A stretch of DNA of 63,953 nucleotides, filler included, from Craspedostauros australis (taxonomy: Eukaryota): NCBI GenBank assembly GCA_030167865.1. It is 9 parts of 9 records of this genome, joined end to end, with 100 filler letters (N's around TTAATTAATTAA, not from the genome) between each part and the next. Parts side by side here need not be neighbours in the genome. Positions count along the whole stretch, not along the records: positions 1 to 31,814 come from JALAGF010005689.1; 8 more parts are not named here. One strand, written 5' to 3'. Numbering within the stretch: the stretch's first letter is position 1; the number at the start of each line of letters is the position of its first letter. The position numbers and the translations under genes are program-made. Shown piece by piece: positions 1 through 12,646 of the stretch. The notes under the pieces were generated by a model. That model worked only from the letters and a program-made list of their open reading frames with translations. It made no database searches and was not told the origin of the DNA.

Positions 1-2440
1 TTGGATTTGGGGTGTATCAAGACCGCTGGCAACCTGATCTTCGATGAGGCCCACTTCTCTGCCCATGAACGTCCGCCAGGACCATGACTTCTGTTCGACC
101 TCAGGTTTCAACTGCCTCACGATGGCAATGGCATACATGGCTCAGGTGCTGAGAAAGCCAAGACGGACAGTCATACGCCTTTCTATCAAGTGCGCCAACT
201 ACATTTTGCATGATAGTGACATGCTCCATGAAGCTGCAGCAGCATGCTCTGTTGACGGTGTTGACAGTGTTGACAGTGCCTACATCGTGCGCATGACTGG
301 GGATCCCTACGAAAGGGCATTCCAACAGCGCATCCGCCTCTCCAGAAACGATTCAACTGCAGGGTTGGAATTTGTGCCTGATGAGCTCTGAGGACGTCTG
401 CGTCTCACATGATGCAAACCAGGTTCAGCTGCAGCGCGCATTTTGCAGTGGAGATCCTGGCTCAAGGGTGCCTACTTGTTGGCCATCAGCGACCATGACA
501 TCCGCTCGCTGCTGGATTTCACCCAGGCTGTACTGGATGCGTGCGACGCGGTCTTTGCGTTCGGTGATGTTCAAAACTCCCTCACACAGCACGGTATTCC
601 ACATATGTATTTTTGACCAACTTGGGCATATCGGCTCCATCCTCCATCACATCTCACCAACTGCATGTCAAGTGGAGGCTGCTCCGAAGCTCACCTGGCG
701 CAAACTGCTCCAGCGCGATGGCCNGGATGAGTGACAACAAGCCAAATTCAAGAAAATGGAGCAATGCTATCACCAAGGCATGTTCCGCGAGCTCATCGAG
801 GCACCACCAGGCGCAACGGTCTTCAACTGGGTTTGGTTCTACGTTGTATAGACGCAAGAGAGCAACCGCAAAAAGGCTTGTGCTATTTCTGATGGGTCCA
901 CCTGGGGAGGCAATGTGCACATCTTTGGTNNNNNNNNNNNNNNNNNNNNNNNNNNNNNNNNNNNNNNNNNNNNNNNNNNATCTTTGGTCACACATACGCT
1001 GCTACTCCTGACCTCATGGAGTTCCGCATCTTGGTGGCCATTGTTGAAGTGCAAGGACTGCTCGTGTACGGAGCTGGCATCGCGAATGCAGTCGCCAAAG
1101 CGCCTGCCAGCGCACAACGTCACTACATGCAAATTGATGATCAGTTCTGCAGCTGGTGGAAGCACAAGCATGACGTTGTTCTGGGTCAACACATGGTTGT
1201 GCCTGTTCTCAAGAATCTACAGGGCATCCTGAAGCACCGCTACAGTGGAGTCTGCATGCCAATCGGCTACTCAAGGACATGGGGTTCACACAACAACTCA
1301 AGCACCTTGTTTGCACATTGGAAACCTTTGCACCCACAATGTGTAAGTGCCCTGGCAGGTGGATAACTTTGCGGTGGCAACCAAGGATGAGACCTTTTAC
1401 CAGGAGTTCTGTGACATGCTCGATGCTCGGCTGAACCATCCCATCACTTGGTACGGTCTGTTTGCACACTACAACAGACTGGATCTCACTCAGGCCTGAT
1501 GACATGTGAATGTGCACTGCTCCACATACATCGACAAGGCGCTCAAGCAACACGATTGGCATTGATTGAAGTTTACACAATGCCTACCCATGCGCACAGA
1601 CAATGGACATGTGTGGCAATTAGATCAGGCAGTCATACCCAACATGGAAGCCAAGCATCATGGTCTGCAATCCAAGTCCTTCAGCTACCACTAAGCCATT
1701 GGCAAGCTCATCTGGGCCATGGTTTCCTGTCACCCTGACATCTTCTTCCCTGTGGTGAAGCTGAGCCAAGTCTTGATGAACCCTGCACGTGTACACTACA
1801 AAGCCGTCAAATACCTCTTCAGGTATGTTGCATCCACCAGGGACTTTGAGATCACCTACTGGTGACAGTCTCCTGTCCCGCAGCTTGCAGATGTGGCAGC
1901 ACTGAAACAACTTGTGCCTGCCAACAACAAGCACCACAGCCCAGCAGACCAGGCCACCATCCAGGTGACTTTCCTCTATGTATATGTGGACGCCAATCAG
2001 GGTGCCAATACAAGGCATTGAAAATCCACCAGAGGCATGGTGTTGCTTCTTGGCGGCCCTGCTGTCACGTGGAAAGCCCACGTCCAACCCACCATTTCTC
2101 TCAATACCTCTAAAGCCAAGTTCATTGCCACTGGCAACAATGGCAAGATGGTGCTCTGGTTTCAGTCCATTCTGGACAAGATCAGCATGTGCCAACAGCA
2201 TGTCATACTTATCTACAAGGACAACCAAGGGGCCAGAATGATGGCAGACGCCAACCAACCGCTGAGGAACTCCAGGCATATCGATGTACACACATTTGCG
2301 GTCTGCGATTGGGTGGGCAGAGATCTCATCCTCGTCGCTGATGTGTCATCCAACCACAATGCTTCGGATCTGTGAAACAAGCAGATGCCTGTGATTCTGT
2401 TCTTTTGACACACGGACCTACTCATGGGATGCATTCCATC
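1..2440 (+). mobile_element. Degenerate Ty1/copia (CoDi-like) LTR retrotransposon pol remnant: post-integrase region, RT, RNase H
   Basis: Frame-broken motifs: IKTAGNLIFDEAH..RPPGP*LLFDL at the start; RT-like FRILVAIV..GAGIANAVAKAP..YMQIDDQFCSWW..VPVLKNLQG (1016-1250); copia RNase H GGPAVTWKAHVQPTISLNTSKAKFIA..IYKDNQGA..RHIDV..DWV..NASDL (2037-2375). Many stops and frameshifts; LTR not resolved. Confidence 0.88.
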
Positions 2441-3576
2441 ATTCTACGTTCGCCAGTGAATGCCGCCAGTGGAGTGCGGTGATCCCAGTCTTCTTTGTAC
2501 GACATACTGAATTGTTTCCGCTAGCTAACACAAGCGTGTGNNNNNNNNNNNNNNNNNNNNNNNNNNNNNNNNNNNNNNNNNGACAGCAGCAACAGCTGAC
2601 ACAACAAACAACATCACAACCCCGTAGTCACGAATCCATCATCAGCACGAAATCATACACACAACACACGCGATACTGACAAATTCAGACAGCAATTGGA
2701 CAACACCATGCATTTTGTCAGTAGAAACCAAAAAATATGAAAATATCACGATAATTACACGATTCGGGAAATGGATGAATGATGCAATCAGTCAGAAATC
2801 ACGTTTTCACGACGCAGCCAAAACGACAACACAAAAAATGTGCTTCGAAACGTAAAAAATGGAGAAGGAAAACTCACAACATGATCAACGTGACGTGTCG
2901 GACAAACCCTTCGGAAGCCCGAAGGCGTCATCAGTTAACAACAACAATGGCATTGCATGAACCGACCATCATGATTGGCTGGTTGGTTCGTGGCGTTATG
3001 TCAAAACTCTTATTTGGTGGGAACGCAATGATGTCTGCGACAGGTCACGAAGATACCGATGTCCACAACACGAGGGGAGTTCTCANGTTTCCTTTCAAAC
3101 AAATATCGATTGCGTGCTTGTGAACACAAATAAAATGTCAAATAGAAAATCGATGTTTCGTGATTTTGTCATTGCGTCGTTCTTCGCATGTTGCACAGTG
3201 TTCTATTTCGTCTGTGGAACTGGAGGACGGTTTGGACTTGCCGAACAGAGAGTGACGTCACACCAAGAATTAACCTTCCAAACACTCGAACAAGTGAAAG
3301 CACACGAACCAACTCTTGCACAGTGTTTCATTGACAGAAACGTGGAGGCATGGTGCTGGACAAGCAGTCTAAATGTGGAGCTGCTGTCCTCTGTTTTATG
3401 GTATGGTTTAAATGGTATCTACATACATTGGTACATCAACTATTGATGATACTGCGATGGGTACCGAAGGTCAACAAGGATGCGTCAGGCCAGGGTGGGA
3501 GGCGACTGGGAAAATGGTCTCCCGCAGCTCCCAAAGTCGGCCACCGCGACACAATGTCGAACCGATGATAAAATAG

Positions 3577-3608
3577 ATAAGTGGAAATCATTTCGGAACA
3601 GAGGAATA
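3577..3608 (+). repeat. Dispersed 32-bp element end (mariner/Stowaway-like TIR followed by TA), shared with 31250-31281
   Basis: ATAAGTGGAAATCATTTCggAACaGAGGAATA vs ATAAGTGGAAATCATTTCacAACgGAGGAATA, 29/32 identical. Confidence 0.55.
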
Positions 3609-6600
3609 TAATACAATCTTTTAGTCCTCACGCGCAATTGGATGGAACGATTTGCATCAACAATCGACCGTTTCAAATGCCGTTGTGCCAGTTACGTGAG
3701 TCGTGCATATCCTTCATTTTTGTTGAACGTAGCCTGTGTTCGGAGGCCAGAGCAACTCTCTTGTCGTGGAGATTCGACAACTGTCAGCCATCGTACATTG
3801 TGTGTAAGATTATATTGTAATACTATGCACACTACTCCAAAGCGTTGCCGACTTCAGCAGCAACACAAGTACGAGTACGAATGCAAGTGCGTGTCTCGGT
3901 GCTCTCGCATCCCATGGCGCACTTGCAGTCATGGGCCGACTATTGAAGATCTCCAGAGGGGAGCGATGCAGGGTTCACGTCGGTACCAATTCCTGCCCCG
4001 AATGCATCCAAGACATGCGCGACCTATCGTAGACGATAGACTGTCTGGGGATCTTTCAGCCCATGACCAAACAGGAGTGCAGAGTAGCTCGTATGGCGCC
4101 AAACAAGGATCAGGAGAGGGTACTGCCCGTCGAGAGGGTGCGCGTTCATCCATGGTGCTTGTTCTGCCTTGCGAAGCGCAGCACAACGTCAGCCAAGGAG
4201 ACAACACGACGCTCGGTCATGCCACAAAGATGTGGGAAGCAAAAGAGGGGGCAAGAGCCAAAAGAGAGAGAGAGAGTGCGTGTGTGTGGTGCATAGGAGG
4301 TCGTAGCTCTGGCGAGATGGTGGCAGTCTCCTGTGGAGTTTTGTGGTTCGGTCTGATCGTAGGATTGCGTCATTGTGCCATTTCGTCATTGCGGCATTTT
4401 GTCCATTGTATCACTGCGCCATCGTGGCACTACTGCCATGTATCACTCGGCATCATTCCTCCATCACACCACTCCTCGCAATCGTATTAGCACAGTGCTA
4501 TTATACGAGTAGATTGCATAATATTATACGAGCAGCTCGTGGATCTGTGCATCCGAGTAGTGTGACTGTACCCACGAGATGCGATGCATACGACTACGAG
4601 CTGCTCCACCTCCAATGCCAGCCTCTGCCACGACATAACCTCGTGATAAATCGCTGCGCACGGTCCATGTCCGACTTGATCTCCCTGAACGAGTTACTCG
4701 CAGCTCTTACTCGTGAGATGTCAGAGGTGTTGCGGATGCTGGTGCGGTGGCGATGTCGATGACGCTCTTGGTCACACCACCGAAATCGTTGCGAGGGAGG
4801 GCATGGATGAGGGGGCAGCGATGTTGGGTCGCCGTCATTGCCATCTGTGCCATCGCGGAAGAAACTCGTCTAAGATCCATGCCAGTCCACAAGTTGAAGA
4901 CATCTTTGCACACGTCTTGTGTACTCTATGGTGCGTAGAGTGCGTCCGGCAGGCAGATGGAGGGGCCGAATCCGTCCAAAGGACATAGGAGAGAGCCACT
5001 GCGAAAGATCCATCTTTGGATGGCTGCAAGGTGCGGGTGGTGGGAAGCGACGTGAGAAGAAATGAGACGCGAAGAAATGAAGTATGGAGTAGAGTATAGC
5101 AGTATGGAGCGAAGCGAGAGGAGGGAGGAAGGGTGGTTGGCCTGCTCTTGGAGTGCTTCTGGACCGTGGCCAAAGTCGACAATCCCGGTTGTCATTGGAA
5201 GGCCAAGGACGCTCTGCGCCCTCCTGCCATGCCCTGCTGCCTTGCGATCTGCTATACTCTATTCATCTCACGGCACTTTGGTGAGAAGAAGAAGGATGGA
5301 CATCGCGGACAGGCCAATTTCGGCGAAAAGCAGCCAACCATGCCACAGGGCGATGCAGAGATCCCGCATCGCCGCCCAATCTGTTTTTCCTCTTTCTCTC
5401 TTGTGTTGTATTACTATGTTACTCGTATTAGCTCCTAGCTCGTAGCTTGTATGCATGCAAGGCAGTTGCCAGCACTTGAAAGCTGTCCATCCAGTCTCTC
5501 CACCAAGAGGGTCGCTCTGCGAAATTGTGAAAGCTCCAAAACCGCTCACTCCACGCAGAACACGGAGTAATCCAAAAAGCTGGCGTGTGTAGTAGATGCG
5601 CCATTATTGTGCAGCTAGCCGTTGCACCAGAGAGCACACCGGAGTATAGTAGATTACTCCTCAATCCCGAGGATAGAACGGAACCATCTTCCTTCTGCCG
5701 GATCATGGCGTCCTGCCCAACTTGAATTATCTCATGTGTTGTGGATACGATCCACAGATGCTGTAGTCGCACGAGCTGCAGACCCCCACGATGTCAGTGG
5801 ACCATGCACACTTCTTGGATTAGTTCTTCTGTGGTGGATCCGATCTGTCCACACAACAGATGGAAACATCTTTTGTGGATGCAAATGCGTGACGTCCCTG
5901 TTCTCTGGTGCCCAAAGGTTCCCTTTTCCAAATTCGAAAACCCGACTGAGATGCCAAACAGGTTGTGACCGGTTGGCTTTGTGGGCGCGTGCAATGCCAC
6001 TCACTTAGCAATATGACTGCCAAGACCTTTTCGGCCCGCGCAGGGCTTCCATGTTTTGGCGGGTACCATGAACAGAACAGTGCCGGAGACATCCCGACTG
6101 ATGTCCATCAGATGGCTGTTGTAACCGTTCATCACGGAAGGGACCTTTTCGCTTGTGGAACGGATACATTGTTCTTCGCTCCAGTCTCGTAGAATAAGTA
6201 CTGGTGTGGACGGGCGTGAGAGAGCAGTTCGCGTTCACTGCCAACATCGCCGCGCCGCATTGTGTGGTAATGATGGGGGTATGAAGACCGTGTCAAGCGG
6301 AAGCCAAGGAGGCGCGCAGAAATGGTTCATTTGTGCACGAGCGACCTGTGTAAAATACCACAACGCGTACCATCCCCGCCCATGGCTGCGAAGAAGCAAA
6401 AGGAACGGGCGGAGATGTTCCTTGGAGAGAAGGAACGCACGACTGTCGCTGGCCCGAGGTCGTGGGAACGCATTCACGTAGTACACGAACACGTGGGTCG
6501 TACAGGGCGCAAAGAATTATGGCGAAGAGCAACGTCCAGTCAGAATTGGAGCGAGGCGGGCACAGAAGGCAGAACAGGCGCTGGCACCGGCACTGGTGGA

Positions 6601-6899
6601 ACACTCACGCAGAAATGAATGGGTGTGACAGTACAACTCAGCCACCTTCACTTGGTTTTGGTGAGCGTTTGTGTGTGTTTGGGATGTTTTTGGTGAGCGT
6701 TTGTGTGTGTGTTCGGGAGGTGGTGGCGATGTCATTCTGCTCATAATCTCAGCTCATGAACAATCAGCATCCAAGCATCAATCACAATCCACCGCTCACC
6801 TCCACTCTATTCTACTCCATTCTACGCCATCATATTATATAATAGAATACCTTTCAACATTCTAACACCACAACACTAACACAAGAAGCGCAGATCAAG

Positions 6900-7571
6900 A
6901 TGGCCACCGTTACAACAACACTCCTCAGCACACCGAAGCGCAGCCTGCAGCCGCTCCCAAGCCTCTCTGCGCCACCGCGCAAGCGCCTTCGCCACGAGGC
7001 ATCCAGGGCACCGACCAGCCGCATGATGACCACGACACCCCTCTTCGCCACCAGCGACAACCGCGGAGACCTGTCCCCCATCAGCATCGCAGCCTTCCCG
7101 GACTCCCTCAAGCTCTCTGCCGACATGTTCAGCGATGCCCCCAGCAAGCGCGTCAGCCGCATGGACTGGTCCAACCCACGGGCCAACGTTCCTGCCTTCT
7201 CTCTGAGACCCAGAGGTCCGCTGCTGTCGATCCGTCCACGCACCATCACAAGCCGCATTGCATTGCCAACCACCATGGCACTTCCCACCATGCAGAGCCA
7301 ACAGTCACGCCAGCGACCATCCATGCAGCCACTGCAACAGCCGCTGCTGCGGCCAACGGGAGGCCTCCGACGCAGACTGTCCATGAAGGACGTCACCCGT
7401 GCCATGGAGGATGCCGCTTACGATGCACCAGAAGCACCACAGGAGCAACACCAGATCGCACCTCTCCCACGTTTGCCACGCCGACTGTCGCTCACATCGC
7501 TGTCGTCGCACGGTCTCAGCGACTTCCCACAGCTCGATCTCGCTGCGCCTGACTTTGCCGGCTGCGCATAA
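6900..7571 (+). CDS. Hypothetical low-complexity Ser/Pro/Arg-rich protein, 223 aa, single exon
   Basis: ATG-to-TAA ORF with C/G-ending codon bias, preceded by an AC-rich leader like other genes in the window; repeated RRLS motifs; no domain recognised. Confidence 0.6.
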   Translation: MATVTTTLLSTPKRSLQPLPSLSAPPRKRLRHEASRAPTSRMMTTTPLFATSDNRGDLSPISIAAFPDSLKLSADMFSDAPSKRVSRMDWSNPRANVPAFSLRPRGPLLSIRPRTITSRIALPTTMALPTMQSQQSRQRPSMQPLQQPLLRPTGGLRRRLSMKDVTRAMEDAAYDAPEAPQEQHQIAPLPRLPRRLSLTSLSSHGLSDFPQLDLAAPDFAGCA

Positions 7572-8850
7572 GCAGATCCATCCGGCGCGGGCATGTTAGC
7601 CTCCCGCACACTGTACCATATCATCTCATACAAACAAGCACGAAGCACGAAACAGCAAGCACGAAGCAGGAAAGATCACAGACTCAGCCTCCTCGGTTTG
7701 GACGTCCCAAGCCCAAACGCTTATTGTTCATTCCATAACTCTACAGTTACATGTATTGCCATAACGCATAAATCCAACCACGTTGTACCTACACGCTCTC
7801 CATCAACTTCGACTCAATCAATCGACACACGTCTGGTCAGTCCGCAGAGAGTATCATTCATAGTCGCACGAGTATTCCAACACAAATAGAACCCATAGTA
7901 GTATGCACGTACATGAGCCAGCGTAGTCATCACTACCCCTTCTTGCTGTGGAGCTTGATCATTAGGCGTCGCTCGTGCGATGCGCTTGATTGTGTACTTT
8001 CGTGCGAATGAATCCTTGCCACCAGCCCCGTTCCTTTCTGTAATATGCGTATGGCATGGTAGGGTATTGCGCCGTTGTCCAACAGGGAGGGATGTGCAAG
8101 CTTGGAGGGAATCCAAGACACAAGCCAGCGGGTATCGCATCATAGCACCCAGCCACGAGTGGCTGCTCCATAACAGCCCGTACGGAGGAGTGCTCGTACT
8201 GGTACTCGCATCCTGGGGTGCGAATAGAGGAGCCGGATCTGGCCACGGACTCTCTGCGTCTCCCTCTCCCTGTCTTCCACAAGGATGGATTGCGATGTCG
8301 CAATTGTGCGCTCGACGAAGTCTCACACGACATTGAGAGACATGAGGAGAGTACGAGCCATGCGCATGAGTGGAGTGGACTGCTCAGCTACAATACAGAA
8401 CCGCCGCAAGAGAGGGCGATGCTCATGCCAAGCGTTTGCACAGAATGTGATTCTATTCAAGTAACGGGCATCTGCATTAGTATGTGTGTCATTGTGGTGC
8501 GGACTTGAACAGGTGCTTCTATTTCCCGTACGCGTGCTCATCTGCTCGCCTTGACCAGTTCTGACTTGATCACTCACTCACTCACTCACTGACATTCGCG
8601 AGGCGTTCGCGCGCTCCCTTGCTTCTTCTTTCCCTACTGCCCGCTTGCATGTTGTTCATCGAGTGCGACTAACTTCTCCCAATACACTGCACTGCACTGC
8701 ACTGTGCTGCCTACTAAGCGCAGTATTACATACAACCATGCAGTATGATAGTAGTACATACACTGGGGTTGGTACCTGTGGTATGCACGGATACAACATA
8801 CTCGTACGGGTCAGCACGACACGCCCGCATAGAGTATATTGTGCTTTCGC

Positions 8851-11520
8851 TCACACGGCGCTGGTCAGCATCTTCAGTCGCTTGTTGGCCGAATGCTGAT
8901 TGACAAGTTGGCTGCTCGACGAGGTGGATACGACGGTGTAGTCTTCCATCGGGCTCAGCAGTCCATCATCGAGGTCTTCATCCAGAATGACTTCTTCGTG
9001 GGGGGTCTTCGTGTCTTCGTTGAAGCTGTCGCTGATGTGGATGTCGGGCAAGGTGGAAACGGGGGAGTCGACATCCATTGTGGTCTGCTGCTCCTGCTGG
9101 CTCTGTTTCTTGGTGGACGACTGACATAGCTTCTTCTCCAGCCGTCGATTGCGCCGGAGGCTATGACAGACCTTGTCCCGCAGCTGGTCGTCGTTGGCCA
9201 GGATCCAGATATCGTTCTCGTCCTTGGTGTAGACCTTGGTCGATTCGAATGCCTTGATCTCGTCGACGATCTTCTGCGCTATCTCCGTCTTGACCTTTCG
9301 CTTGGCTGTGTTGTACTCCTCGTAGAACTTGACGACGAAGTCGTGGAACTGCTGATTGCCGGGGTGCAGCTGGCGTGGTTTGCCACGTCCGAGAAGGATA
9401 TCCGACCTGGATGGCAAGTAGACGGAGTCCTTGTACCGCTCCGGGTACTGTTCCTTCTTGTTTCTAAAGTCGAACCATTTGGTTGCGTAAGCCTTCTTCC
9501 ACTCGTAGCTGGACGTGATGGGGAAGCAGTCCACAGGAAGGCCGTACGACATCAGCGAGTACTGGACTTCTTGGTGTGTGCCTGATGGATGGATGAGTCG
9601 ATGGATGTGTGTGTGTGTGTGTGTGGATGTGTATGGGTGGACGTATGAAACGATTGTGTTAGACAAAGATGAGGGAGGAACGGACGAAGAATGGTGAGCG
9701 TCCCGCACGCAAAAGGCAGGTATCAACGTAGTAGCAATACCATGTTGGAAAGGGAGATACATGAATGGCACCGCACTTACCAGTGTGCACCCGAATTCTG
9801 GACTGTATCTTCTTTGGGAATCCCATGGTGATGAGGGAGAGGATGGGACTGAAGACGCTCTTGTTGAAGCAGTAGTGGATGCCCCCCACCCGGACCGGGA
9901 CGGAGTTGGCGACGATGGAGGTGTTCCACCACACGCGACGGTCGACTTCCTCGTTTCTGATGACTACATCCAATGCGTAGGCGACATGGACGATGCCCTT
10001 GCGGTAGGCCACCTCGTCCTCTGTCAGCGCCATCATGAAGTACCAGAACATCCTGGCCTGTTGTCGTTGAGGTCAACGCCATGTGGAAAAAAAAAGGCGG
10101 ATACAGGTATTGTACCAAGTATTGGAATAGAACGGAAACACAGAATGCAATGCAAGTGCGATGCAAATGGAACGTGAGATGGTGCGTACATCGCTGTGAT
10201 CCACAATGGGCTGTTGCTGAAGTTGCCCCATTCGCATGGTCCGTACAGTACGTTTGCATCTGTATCTGCGTCCGCATATGAATGAATAGTAGAGTCGAGC
10301 AGTGCGGAGTGACACATCCAACCCAATACATCCAATACATCCAATACAATCATATGCAGTCCAGTCCAAAACAATCAAATGCAATTGAAACAAAGAGGCA
10401 ACGGCAAAGAAGGAAAGGCGTGAATAGGACTGACCATGAATACGGGCGGGTTGTCCGTCTTGTAGAAGAGTCGATGGTACCTCTCCCACGTGAAGGTGAT
10501 GGGACGATCGGAGGTATCGCGGTAGGGCAGGACCTGCGAGCTGGCGCACTTGGACATGGTCTCCCGCTCTATGGGATCGAGGCGAGCGAAGGTGATCTCC
10601 TTGGTGAGGAGGTGCTCCCCGAAGAAGGTGAGCTTGGACTGGAAGTGGCGCACGTACTTCTTGGCGGCATCTTCGACGCAGAAGTCCTCGGCGTAGAGGA
10701 ACTTGAGGCGGAAGTCCGTGCTCTGGACGTAGGCCGGGTCCTGCTGCATCGCCGTGAGGTAGGCGGTCTTGTCCTTGTTCCTGATCTTGGTCTGGATGTA
10801 GAGCTCGAACTCCTCGAGCTTGCTGTGGATGTTCTCCGGAGAGTCCGACGATTCCTGGTGGGTTCGCGGGACGCCGTGCAGTTCCTCGTAGGCCTCCTCG
10901 CGCTCCTGGATGGAGAGGGACTTGAGCGCGTCGGCCAGCGAGCTGGTGTAGTTCTTGACGTTGTTGGACGTCGGAGGTCTGGAGATCTTGCTGACGTACT
11001 CTCCGTTGTCGTCTTCTTCTTCCTGGTCTTTGTTCTCTCCTCCATTGCTGTCTCCATTGCTGTCTCCATTGGTGCCTCCGTTGGTGAAGGACTGACCCAG
11101 GTGGGACGATCCGTTGGCGGACGACGTCTGGTTGAACGGCGCCGACTGCCGCTGCTGAGGCTGCGCAAACGGATTCCAAGACGAGCCCCATGAGCCTCCG
11201 CCATTGCTATTGTTGCCATTGCTATTGCCATGGGAGGTGGATTGGGAACGATTAGAGCCAAAGAGATTGCTGTCTCCCTCAAGGCCATCCAGACTGTTCT
11301 TCCTGGAACGCTTGGACCCGCCCGTGTTCCAAGCGAAGCAGGCCCTGGCGTTGTAGCTGTTGCCGTTGTAATCCAGGCCGCCCGCCATGGCGCCCACACC
11401 GCCGTTGGCCACCTGAGGCATGGGCCGCGAGTCGCTGAAGCAGCTGAGCAGCATGTCGCCGCTCTCCGAGTTCTCGGAGTCGGACGTTGGGTAGCCGCGG
11501 TAGTCTAGTGCTGCTGCCAT
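8851..11520 (-). CDS. CRAL-TRIO (Sec14)-like + DUF6824 domain protein, 697 aa, 3 exons
   Basis: Exons 11520-10435, 10057-9781 and 9581-8851 join in frame through GTCAGT/CAG and GTAAGT/CAG (2094 nt). Motifs: LSIQEREEAYEELHG, FRLKFLYAEDF, DTSDRPI, PVRVGGIHYC, RIRVHTGTHQEVQYSLMSYGLP; DUF6824-type DILLGRGK..HPGNQQF..K..IA..IV..DKVCHSLR. Confidence 0.85.
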
Positions 11521-12646
11521 CTTCACTGCGTTACATCACTTGCGGCTTGTTGCTGTCCGCTGTTGTACTATAATATAATACTAATCAATGTCCTCGACTT
11601 GGTTGTCCTGAGCTATTGGTGTAGGTGGAGTGTGTAGGTGGAGTGTGTATAGTCGGGTGGATGGATTGATTGGCGCCAGCTCCGTTCTTCTCTGTTCGTA
11701 TCTGCGTTGGATTCGCGCTGGCTTCCTTCGTTGTTTCTTTCTTGCTGCCTTTTCTTGCTCATTTGCGCCACCGTCTGTTTGTCTGTTTGTTGTTTGGGCT
11801 TCTCGTGCGAACACCAGCGCAGTCGTTGTTCTCGTTTGCGGTTGTGTCGCCTGGCAATTGTGCGACGTTGTCGCAACGGGATGGTACGCACTGGCAGAGA
11901 ACACAACGCAAGCATTCTTCCTTCCTTCGGTGTTGTTACCAGCGCGATCCTATGTACCACTGCGCGTAGCGTTGTACTGAGTTGACACTGCCCATGCTGC
12001 GCGTGCTTCCTCGATTGTTTCTGGCCGTTCGCATACCATCAGGGTTCTGACAATCTGATTCGTCTTGCATTCACTACTGGCAATTAACACGAATGAGGTA
12101 CAATGCCACCCAATACGTCGTATACGACATGGTAGGAGGCATGGTGCAGTTGCGTTGGGCTGTTATGTTGGGAGTTGGCGGTATTATCATAAAACAAAAA
12201 TATTTAATTTTGTTGAATCGCTTCACTGTGGTGGATTGTGACACGACTGAGAGGTGGCTACTTGTACCAAATATAGAAGAGGCCGATCGGATTGCAGATG
12301 TTCGACAGCATGGTCATCAATGTCTTGAGTACCAACATTCAACCGCAACGTGGAGTATGTACTATGTAAGTCTGGATTACAGCAAATTGCTCCTCGTCTG
12401 CTGCACCTTGCTATACTGTGGCTTCTTCTATCATGTCATCGCTGTTGCTTCTCTGTGCGTGTGTCCGTGTTCTGTTGTATTGTAATTGGCGCATAACACC
12501 GTGCTTCGAGCATATCATGCCATGTCTCTCTCTTTCTCTCTAGCGGCCTCTTCGTGCCATTCACACTGCCATTCTCCCATTCCGTGCTGGCATTTGCTTC
12601 TCTCTCTCTCTCTATCATCAAATTGTGCTTCACTTCATTCCATTCT

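Noticed and set aside
3642..6750. Many overlapping 60-280 aa ORFs
   Set aside because: No recognisable motifs or consistent codon bias; may be decayed sequence, but no call can be supported.
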